In this document: one piece after another, positions 6,807-14,091 of the stretch
Layout of the letters: every line of letters starts with the position of its first letter
Position numbering within the stretch: position 1 is the stretch's first letter
Origin: an uncultured virus (IMG/VR IMGVR_UViG_3300031998_000047)
Lineage: Duplodnaviria > Heunggongvirae > Uroviricota > Caudoviricetes
DNA: 20,610 nt
Virus record (IMG/VR): IMGVR_UViG_3300031998_000047
Reading direction: 5' to 3' (one strand)
The notes under the pieces: model-generated
Told to the model about the DNA's origin: nothing
Seen by the model: only the letters and a program-made list of their open reading frames with translations
Databases searched by the model: none
Program-made: the position numbers and the translations under genes

Positions 6807-7589
6807 AATTAGACAAAATTTATTGCATGGATAACGTGCAAGGTATGAGACAGTGCGACGCAGAAAGCATAGACTTGGTAGTTACAAGCCCACCGTATGA
6901 CAATTTGCGTAATTACAACGGTTTTTCTTTTGACCTTGATGGTATGATAGCAGAACTGTTAAGGATAGTTAAAACGGGGGGGGGTAATTGTATGGATTGT
7001 AAGCGACGCAACTCAAAACTATAGCGAAAGCGGTACTTCATTTAGACAGGCATTAAAGTTTATGGACGCAGGATTTTGTTTATTCGATACAATGGTCTGG
7101 ATAAAAGACGGCGGAGGTGCTATTGGAAGTAATATCCAATACGTACAGAATTTCGAGTACATGTTTGTGTTTAGCAAAGGCAAGCCAAAGGCTATCAATC
7201 TCATATACGACAAGCCTAATATGTCATTTGACCCAAGCAAGAAGACTTACACAAGAACTTGCAACAGGACTGGTGACAGCAGGGAGGGTTATGAGTGTAC
7301 GATGCACATGCTGGAGTTCTCTCGTCGCAACAACTGGTGGTACTTATGCCCTCAGAAGCAGGACGGTAGTAAATGGCATCCTGCCGTGTTCCCAGAGGTG
7401 CTTGTGCGTGACCACATCATTTCTTGGTCTAACGAGGGCGATGTGGTGTTAGACCCATTCATGGGAAGTGGCACTACCGCAAAGGTTGCAAGGGCATTGG
7501 GTCGCAAATATATCGGCTTTGAAATAAGTCAAGAATACGTTGATTTAGCCAACAAAAGATTACAAGATACAAAAACATTATTTGATTAG
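6800..7589 (+). CDS. beta-class N4-C/N6-A DNA methyltransferase, split by a frameshift at a G9 tract (~262 aa if G8)
   Basis: First part has IDLVVTSPPY; after the G run the +1 frame reads VIVWIVSDATQNYSESGTSFRQAL, continuing into HPAVFPE and VLDPFMGSGTT. Confidence 0.85.
6976..6984 (+). repeat. G9 homopolymer at the methyltransferase frameshift
   Basis: aaaac-ggggggggg-taattg; 8 G restores the frame. Confidence 0.9.
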
Positions 7590-7591
7590 AT

Positions 7592-7855
7592 ATGAGATAC
7601 GTTATAGAAAAGCAAGTCACGAACAAGTACGAGGTTATAGACATGCTGCGGTTTATGAAATATGACTTTTTCACCAATGCGCGAAAAGGTATGCGAAACA
7701 CTCCACACACTTGTTTCCGTTGTGGCCACAAATTCGTTGGTAGTGATTGGATATACCTTGGAGTGGTTAAGGGTGACAAAAACCGTATCTTTTGTGAAAC
7801 GTGTGGTGAACATATCAGCAAGTGTCTTGACATTCAACAACATAATGAAGGATAA
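7592..7855 (+). CDS. small zinc-finger protein
   Basis: CFRC...CETC pairs; 2-3 nt gaps to both neighbours. Confidence 0.75.
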   Translation: MRYVIEKQVTNKYEVIDMLRFMKYDFFTNARKGMRNTPHTCFRCGHKFVGSDWIYLGVVKGDKNRIFCETCGEHISKCLDIQQHNEG

Positions 7856-7858
7856 ACT

Positions 7859-10000
7859 ATGTACGAAATAGACGAAAGCCAAATACGGCAATGGTGGTCG
7901 TTGTTTAAAGGTGGTGAAAGATTGGTCGAGGTACGCCTATTGGGTAAGAATACTTATAGCGGGTACTTTACCAACGTGGAAACGCTTATAGCGCAATTAA
8001 AGCCGCTTTTAGACCCCAACAATGCGCAATACTACGGTGCGATGCAAGCATACTTTACGCTTAACGACATCAACCCAGCATTGTATAGCCGCGAGCAACG
8101 TGACGTGTTTGTTAAGAAGCCGAAGTCAACGACAACTGACGGTGACATTGTGCATCGTGGAATGGTGTTGATTGACCTTGACCCGAGCCGTGCCGCAGGG
8201 ATTAGCGCGAGTGATACAGAATTTGAAAAGGCACACTTGAAAGCTGTTGCAGTATATCGCTATCTTATCAACGAGGGGTTTAAAGACCCTATCATAACGA
8301 AAAGTGGAAACGGCTATCACGTGTACGTTACTTGTGATATGCCGAATGATGACGAGCACAACGAACTCATAAAGCGTTTCTTGCAGTCATTGTCAAAGAT
8401 GTTTAGTGACGGTGACGTTGAAATAGACGAAAAGGTGTTCAATCCTGCTCGTATTGACAAACTTATTGGTACGTGGGCTAAGAAGGGAGCAGATAGCCAA
8501 GAAAGACCTTGGCGTTTGGCTACCATTGTCAAAGTACCGCAAGACCTTTCTCCTAACGAAGATTCGCTTTTTCAAAAGATAGCAGACTTGCTACCAAAAG
8601 AAGAACCAAAGCAAGCACCCAATAGACCAAACAGGCAATTTAGCAATGCACCTTTTGACCTAAGAACGTGGCTAAATCAGCACGGCATAGTTTATAAAGA
8701 GGAAAAGCAGGGAAGTAGCATAAGGTTTACTTTGGAAAAGTGCCCTTGGATAGACCAACACAGCGACCACAAAAACTGGGACAGTGCGCTTTTCCAAGAT
8801 ACAGAGGGGAAAATTACATTTAATTGCCAGCACAGTCACTGCAAGGGGAAAACTTGGATGGACTTTCGATTATTCTACGAGCCTAATGCTTATGACAGGC
8901 CTGCGTATCAACCGCAATTTGCACCGCGTCAATATGCACCACCAAAGCCAAAGTACGAAATAAAGGACGTGTTGCCTGAATTGGGAGAAAAATGGCTTTC
9001 CCTTTCGTCTATACAAAAGATAGACCTAACGCAAATTGGCGGTGTCAAAACAGGCTTTACCGAACTTGACCGTAACATTGTGCAATTGAACTATTCCGAG
9101 GTTACGTTATTGTCTGGTAGCAATTCAAGTGGTAAATCGTCTTGGTTGAACACGTTGATATTGAATATTATTCAACAAGGCGTACCGTGTGCGTTATGGT
9201 CAGGCGAGTTACGTGCCGACATCTTGAAAACGTGGGTGCAAATGGTTGCCGCAGGAAAGTCAAATCTAAAGCAATCCAACTATGGTGACGGCAAATATTA
9301 CGTGCCTAATGGTATTGCGGAAAGAATAGACCAGTGGCTCGATGGAAAGTTCTTCTTGTATAACAACGAATACGGTTGTCAATGGGAGCAAATATTCCAC
9401 GACATGAACGAATTGCTAAAGGCTGGCGTGAAAGTCTTTGTGCTTGACAATCTTTTCTCGTTGAACATTGACCTTTTGGAGGGTGACAAGAACAATAAGC
9501 AAAAGGAACTTATCTTGCAAATCAAGGAATTTGCGAAAAAGAATCAAGTACATATTATCCTCGTAGCACACCCGCGTAAGGTGATGACATTCTTACGCAA
9601 GAACGATATTAGCGGTACGTCAGACTTGACCAATGCAGTTGATAACGTGCTTATCATACACCGTGTAAACAACGACTTCTTTAGGGCGGGTGCGGAGTTC
9701 TTTGGTCAAGGCGAAATACAACGTTTCCAAGGTTTCGGCAATGTCATCGAGGTGGCAAAGAATCGTATGTATGGTATCGTCGATTTGATGGTAGGTATGC
9801 AATATGAAATCGAAAGCCGCCGTTTCAAGAATACGCCCGATGAGAATATACACTACGGATGGGAGGCTGAGCCCGTTCAAGGCACGATGTCCTTTAATGA
9901 AAAGGAACGTGCGGAGGTACATACAGAGCAAAGTGATGCGCCCTATGCAGTAGGCGATATGCCGTTTGCACCCCCTATTGATAGTGATGCACCATTCTAA
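7859..10000 (+). CDS. primase-helicase: AEP/Prim-Pol domain + Zn-binding module + SF4 (DnaB/T7 gp4-like) helicase
   Basis: VLIDLD and SGNGYHVY (AEP motifs I/II); CPW..H...CQHSHC; TGFTELD, Walker A SGSNSSGKS, Walker B FVLDNL, LVAHPRK, DISGTSD, KNR. Confidence 0.9.
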   Translation: MYEIDESQIRQWWSLFKGGERLVEVRLLGKNTYSGYFTNVETLIAQLKPLLDPNNAQYYGAMQAYFTLNDINPALYSREQRDVFVKKPKSTTTDGDIVHRGMVLIDLDPSRAAGISASDTEFEKAHLKAVAVYRYLINEGFKDPIITKSGNGYHVYVTCDMPNDDEHNELIKRFLQSLSKMFSDGDVEIDEKVFNPARIDKLIGTWAKKGADSQERPWRLATIVKVPQDLSPNEDSLFQKIADLLPKEEPKQAPNRPNRQFSNAPFDLRTWLNQHGIVYKEEKQGSSIRFTLEKCPWIDQHSDHKNWDSALFQDTEGKITFNCQHSHCKGKTWMDFRLFYEPNAYDRPAYQPQFAPRQYAPPKPKYEIKDVLPELGEKWLSLSSIQKIDLTQIGGVKTGFTELDRNIVQLNYSEVTLLSGSNSSGKSSWLNTLILNIIQQGVPCALWSGELRADILKTWVQMVAAGKSNLKQSNYGDGKYYVPNGIAERIDQWLDGKFFLYNNEYGCQWEQIFHDMNELLKAGVKVFVLDNLFSLNIDLLEGDKNNKQKELILQIKEFAKKNQVHIILVAHPRKVMTFLRKNDISGTSDLTNAVDNVLIIHRVNNDFFRAGAEFFGQGEIQRFQGFGNVIEVAKNRMYGIVDLMVGMQYEIESRRFKNTPDENIHYGWEAEPVQGTMSFNEKERAEVHTEQSDAPYAVGDMPFAPPIDSDAPF

Positions 10001-10034
10001 AAAGCGTTAAAGTTTGGTTAAATAATGTAATTTC

Positions 10035-10066
10035 TTTGGAATATGCCAAAATAAATACTACCTTTG
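10035..10066 (+). promoter_or_regulatory. Bacteroidota sigma-A type promoter
   Basis: TTTG 10035-10038, 20-nt spacer, TACCTTTG 10059-10066; same architecture as 5957-5988. Confidence 0.8.
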
Positions 10067-10120
10067 CGGCAGATTTCTTTATTAATAATTAATATAGTTA
10101 CTTTTAAAACGTTTACGAAA

Positions 10121-10624
10121 ATGAGCAAGAAAGTTGAAAAGAAAATTGATGAGTTAATTAACATGCTTGGCGATAACGAGTCTGTTGTTGTTATCTATAA
10201 GGATGAGAAGGACAACGTCAACTATTTCGATTCCTGCAAGGATGGCTTCGAAATTGCCGCTGCTATTGCCACCGTTCTTGATGATTACTTCGGCGACGAC
10301 ATCAAGGAAGGAAAAATCTTTGCAGAGGGCGTTATGGATGCCCTTGGTGCTATCATCAAGAAACATGGCAATGCTGGCAGACGTATCGTGATGCGCCTTA
10401 TGCCGATGATTTCGATGGCCGCAAAGAAAACCCTTGAGAACCTCCGCGACCGCCTGCAAGAAATGGCTGGCGATAACGACGAGGATGCCGACGAGGATTG
10501 CACCGACTGCGACGAGCGTTTCAACTGCCCGCTGCCAAGTGCTATTAAGTGGCGTAAGGAGAATCATGTGCCTGCACCAAACAACCGTCACGGTAAGAAC
10601 GGTCGCAAGCACACCAACAAGTAA
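10121..10624 (+). CDS. hypothetical protein with C-terminal CxxC-x5-C motif
   Basis: ATG 10121 (MSKKVEKK) after an AT-rich leader; acidic stretch followed by CTDCDERFNCP. Confidence 0.8.
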   Translation: MSKKVEKKIDELINMLGDNESVVVIYKDEKDNVNYFDSCKDGFEIAAAIATVLDDYFGDDIKEGKIFAEGVMDALGAIIKKHGNAGRRIVMRLMPMISMAAKKTLENLRDRLQEMAGDNDEDADEDCTDCDERFNCPLPSAIKWRKENHVPAPNNRHGKNGRKHTNK

Positions 10625-10628
10625 ATAA

Positions 10629-11156
10629 GTGGAAAAAGTTAAGAACTTAGGATTTATCGGACATCCGAATTACGAAGTAACAAGTAATGGCGAGGTGTTT
10701 TCCTTGAATTTCAGAAATTCGGGGAAACGCCGCCAATTACGTGCAACAAAAACCCAAAAAGGATATTTGCACGTAAGCCTAAAAGATGGCAAATACGAAT
10801 ACATACACAGGCTTGTTGCGTTGGCATTTATACCAAATCCAAATAATCTACCTCAAATAAACCATAGAGACGAAAACAAATCAAACAACAATGTTGATAA
10901 CCTCGAGTGGTGTGATGGCAAATACAATCGAAACTACGGAACAACAAACAAAAGACTATCAAAAATAAATACAAATGGTGTTTTAAGTAAACCAGTATTA
11001 CAATACGACAAAAATGGAAACTTGTTAAAAGAGTGGCCTTCAATTATAGAAGTAAAAAGACAATTAGGTATTCATGCTGGTGCTATATCTTTGTGCTGTC
11101 GTGGTAGTAGCAAGTATTCTCATGTTGGAGGTTTTTGTTGGGAATATAAAAAATAA
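10629..11156 (+). CDS. HNH homing endonuclease (NUMOD4 - HNH - NUMOD1-like)
   Basis: YEVTSNGEVFS (NUMOD4), IHRLVALAFIPNPNNLPQINHRDENKSNNNVDNLEWC (HNH), KPVLQYDKNG...ISLCCRG...GGFCWEY (NUMOD1); AT-richer than the upstream gene. Confidence 0.92.
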   Translation: MEKVKNLGFIGHPNYEVTSNGEVFSLNFRNSGKRRQLRATKTQKGYLHVSLKDGKYEYIHRLVALAFIPNPNNLPQINHRDENKSNNNVDNLEWCDGKYNRNYGTTNKRLSKINTNGVLSKPVLQYDKNGNLLKEWPSIIEVKRQLGIHAGAISLCCRGSSKYSHVGGFCWEYKK

Positions 11157-11161
11157 TAAAA

Positions 11162-11569
11162 ATGAATAAAAAGCAACTATATACAAAAAACGAAAAAGGT
11201 AGATACGAACCTTATCAAGAGCCCGAGCCACCCTTTGATAATATGCTGTACCGAAAGGTCTTGCACGGAAAGAAAATCGTGTACGAGCCACAATCCATGT
11301 GTATAGACAAAGGATTAGAGGAGGGCGTTTGGGTAGTTGTTAAGCACTTGTACGGCAAAAGCTATACAACGGGCAAATATCTGCAAGATTGCTTCCTTTG
11401 CCTAAAGGCATCGGACATCCAAGAAACGCCGTTATCTAAGCTTGGCGGCATGGATAAGTTGGCCGATTGGCTTTCACACAATTGGGATAAACTGCCAAAG
11501 AACACGTCGCAATACGACCTTTGCCGTGCCATTGTAGGCTTGTTATTTAAATACGAACAAAGAAAATGA
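11162..11569 (+). CDS. hypothetical phage protein
   Basis: ATG ORF in operon; ATGA overlap with the next gene. Confidence 0.8.
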   Translation: MNKKQLYTKNEKGRYEPYQEPEPPFDNMLYRKVLHGKKIVYEPQSMCIDKGLEEGVWVVVKHLYGKSYTTGKYLQDCFLCLKASDIQETPLSKLGGMDKLADWLSHNWDKLPKNTSQYDLCRAIVGLLFKYEQRK

Positions 11570-11835
11570 ACTCAATAAAAGACTTTTTAGAATCATTAGG
11601 TTGGGAATATGATTTTTTTTGGAATAATCGTGATTTCTATCATTTCCCACATGTCGATAAGTACGGTCTATTTATACACCTACATGACGATTCTGTTGGC
11701 CTTGTTGTCTATAAGCAAAATAATGATTTTAGACTTGTATATTGTAACTTAAAAAAAGGCCAAATACGAAGATTTACAAATAGTATGAAAAAAAACGCCA
11801 AACTTGAAGAGTTTCTAAACGAAATAAAAATGTGA
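11566..11835 (+). CDS. hypothetical protein
   Basis: Coupled by ATGA overlap; AT-rich. Confidence 0.7.
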   Translation: MNSIKDFLESLGWEYDFFWNNRDFYHFPHVDKYGLFIHLHDDSVGLVVYKQNNDFRLVYCNLKKGQIRRFTNSMKKNAKLEEFLNEIKM

Positions 11836-11862
11836 ATACGAAAGATGATGAAAAGCAAAATA

Positions 11863-11940
11863 AAGCCCGTAGGCGCGGTTTTACAACGCTGATGGATAGT
11901 TTTCCACCTAAGATGTAAAATGCGCTTAAAACGGCTAAAA
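11863..11940. repeat. intergenic imperfect palindrome, inverted copy of 2018-2101
   Basis: aagcccgtaggcgcg ... tgga-tagttt-tcca ... gcgcttaaaacggct; both arms match the reverse complement of copy 1. Confidence 0.8.
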
Positions 11941-11960
11941 AGTGGCAAAAACGAAATATT

Positions 11961-12362
11961 ATGGCAGATTTTACGGTTACAGGATTTATAAACACGGTCA
12001 AGTACCTACCAGACGCGGCCTTGGTGTTCATAGACGAATTTAAACGCGGCTATAAGAAACCTAATGGCGAAACGGTCGAGGATAAGTACCTTTCATGGAA
12101 ATGCGTATTTAAGCCGTATTTCAAGAAATACATCAACGAACATTTTGCAAATGGAATGTTGGTGCAAGTTAAGGGTGAAATATTGCCTTATGCAATCCAA
12201 AACCAAAACATCGTTGACGGGTATTCCGTGTTAGGCCAAACAATCAATCTTGCTTCTTTCCCACGTGCAAGCGTGAAACAAGAAAACAAGATGATAAAGG
12301 AAAGCCTCCTGCATGGCAGCGAGATACCGAATATTGACGAATACAATAAACCCGACTTTTAG
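11961..12362 (+). CDS. putative OB-fold single-stranded DNA-binding-like protein
   Basis: FTVTG..., YLSWKCVF, GMLVQVKGEI pattern like an SSB OB fold; acidic tail ending PDF. Confidence 0.55.
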   Translation: MADFTVTGFINTVKYLPDAALVFIDEFKRGYKKPNGETVEDKYLSWKCVFKPYFKKYINEHFANGMLVQVKGEILPYAIQNQNIVDGYSVLGQTINLASFPRASVKQENKMIKESLLHGSEIPNIDEYNKPDF

Positions 12363-12404
12363 TGTTATATAACCCAAATATTTAACTTAAAAAATTACGT
12401 AATT

Positions 12405-12845
12405 ATGGCAAGTAAGAACAGCATGGAGCAAACCATTCAAACCCTCAAAGGCGACAACGAAAAGTTGATGAAGGAAAACGCCTCCTTGAAAAAGCAGATT
12501 AGCGGCTTCAAGACATCCAATGCGAACTACAAAAAGCAGATTGCCAACCTCAAGCAGCTCGACAAGGAGGGTGATGAGCTTAACGAAAAGCGCATTGCCG
12601 AGATGGACGTTATGCAAAAGAACCACTTGGCAGTGGTCAAGCAGTTGGGACAGTCCATCAAGGAAAAGGATGAGAAAATCGCCGAAAAAGACAAGGTCGT
12701 CAACGGCTTGCAGGAGCAGGTGCGTGAGCTTATCCAAAAGAAGAATGAGCTGTATGGCGTGGTCGCTGCAAACAATGATTATATCACGGAGCTTGAGGCT
12801 ACCGTCGAAGACCTCCGTAAGCCTTGGTGGAAGAAGTTTTTTTAA
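12405..12845 (+). CDS. coiled-coil protein with C-terminal KPWWKKFF motif
   Basis: Continuous heptad pattern; aromatic/basic terminal motif. Confidence 0.8.
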   Translation: MASKNSMEQTIQTLKGDNEKLMKENASLKKQISGFKTSNANYKKQIANLKQLDKEGDELNEKRIAEMDVMQKNHLAVVKQLGQSIKEKDEKIAEKDKVVNGLQEQVRELIQKKNELYGVVAANNDYITELEATVEDLRKPWWKKFF

Positions 12846-12870
12846 GCCAGCTTATCTATTTATTGTCGAA

Positions 12871-12908
12871 AAGAAAGGCCACTATCCTCGCGGACGGTGG
12901 CTTTTCTT
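12871..12908. terminator. bidirectional intrinsic terminator between the convergent arms
   Basis: aagaaaggccac...gtggcttttctt inverted repeat with T-rich tails on both strands. Confidence 0.75.
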
Positions 12909-12978
12909 GTACCATTTGCTAATGGCAACTTCAACAAATCTTAGTTTTTGTTTGTTAATTAAAACTGAAATCAACACT

Positions 12979-13476
12979 TTAAGAATCTATCGCAGGTGCA
13001 TCAAGCGCGTGTAGGGTTATAGTTCCTATGATATAGGAATTATCCCCGCGCCCAAGTTTTACCGTTGTCGGCTTGTATTCCTTTAGGCACACGCAATGAA
13101 CGTATTTGTTCCCAAGGTATGCGGACTTAATCCAAACATCGCTATCCGTTAGGAACGATACAAAGCTGTCATGTACCGCCCTAACATCGAATCCCGTTTG
13201 TGTGGTTGCATATTTCTTGCGAACGATGAACGTAATGTCAATATCCACATTTTCACGTATTACAACGGGATTGTTCTGATTATCGAATGTGGTTATCATA
13301 AAGTCCTCCTGTTGGGAGTTCACCCATTGAGCCGTGTATATGTTCACGGGCTTACCCTTACCAAGCATACCGTCGACTTTAAGTATTGCAACACCGTCGT
13401 AAAGAGTCGTTATGTCGGTAAACGAACCGTTGGCCGTGTTCTTTGCAAAATATCTGTTTGATGAATTGTTTGCCAT
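12979..13476 (-). CDS. putative tail-associated protein (distal-tail-like position and size)
   Basis: Second gene after the tape measure gene; beta-rich 165 aa; function inferred from position only. Confidence 0.55.
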   Translation of the reverse strand: MANNSSNRYFAKNTANGSFTDITTLYDGVAILKVDGMLGKGKPVNIYTAQWVNSQQEDFMITTFDNQNNPVVIRENVDIDITFIVRKKYATTQTGFDVRAVHDSFVSFLTDSDVWIKSAYLGNKYVHCVCLKEYKPTTVKLGRGDNSYIIGTITLHALDAPAIDS

Positions 13477-13480
13477 AATC

Positions 13481-14080
13481 TTATAATCTTAGTTCTTTGT
13501 CGAAAATCTTAATGTTATCAGTAGTGCAGTATTTGCCTTTCTCGACGGTGGCATTACGCGAATATCGGTACACCACAATGCTGCAAGTATCATCAGCGTC
13601 TTCAATGATTAGCCTGCTATCATCGAAAAGGTAGATGTGCGGAGAATTGTACCCATCGCAAACGAGGTGTAGTTCGCTATCACAGCCGACGTAAATTACG
13701 GGGCATTTGGCGGCTTTAATTTCGAGCTGTGGGCAATTACACCACATAAAGGCCGTAACATCGTTGTCGGGCTTGCAAATGGCCTTAAAATCAACGTAGA
13801 TAGCATAAGAATACCCTTTAACGAGGTCTGCATCAAGAATCGGGCGTTTCCCGTTGATGAAATCGGAAAAGTTCTTGATGATATACTCCTTGCTTAACCC
13901 CTTGCCTTGATAGCAATGCGTAATGAAATACGGGAGGCTCTGCTGGCGCATAACCAGCTTAACAAGCTTTTCCTTATCATCGCCGCATTTGCGCCACTCG
14001 TTTTTGTATTCCGCACACAAGGGGGCTGTTATCTCCCCTTGTAATGCGGCCTTGTAAAATGCTAACATTCTATTATCCAT
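13481..14080 (-). CDS. hypothetical protein immediately downstream of the tape measure gene
   Basis: ATG at 14080 (MDNRML; GTG 14086 possible); Cys-rich; C-terminal half has repeating short beta strands (VIYVG, IYLFD, VVYRY). Confidence 0.75.
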   Translation of the reverse strand: MDNRMLAFYKAALQGEITAPLCAEYKNEWRKCGDDKEKLVKLVMRQQSLPYFITHCYQGKGLSKEYIIKNFSDFINGKRPILDADLVKGYSYAIYVDFKAICKPDNDVTAFMWCNCPQLEIKAAKCPVIYVGCDSELHLVCDGYNSPHIYLFDDSRLIIEDADDTCSIVVYRYSRNATVEKGKYCTTDNIKIFDKELRL

Positions 14081-14091
14081 AATCACGAAAA

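Noticed and set aside
10064..10120. TTG-start N-terminal extension of the 10121 gene
   Set aside because: The TTG is part of the TACCTTTG promoter element; ATG 10121 fits better
339..12775. Minus-strand ORFs across the early arm (339..833, 1250..1753, 10154..10612, 12387..12737 and others)
   Set aside because: They overlap well-supported, tightly packed + strand genes
12520..13014. 164-aa + strand alternative-frame ORF
   Set aside because: It overlaps the coiled-coil gene out of frame and crosses the terminator; S/R/T-rich shadow composition
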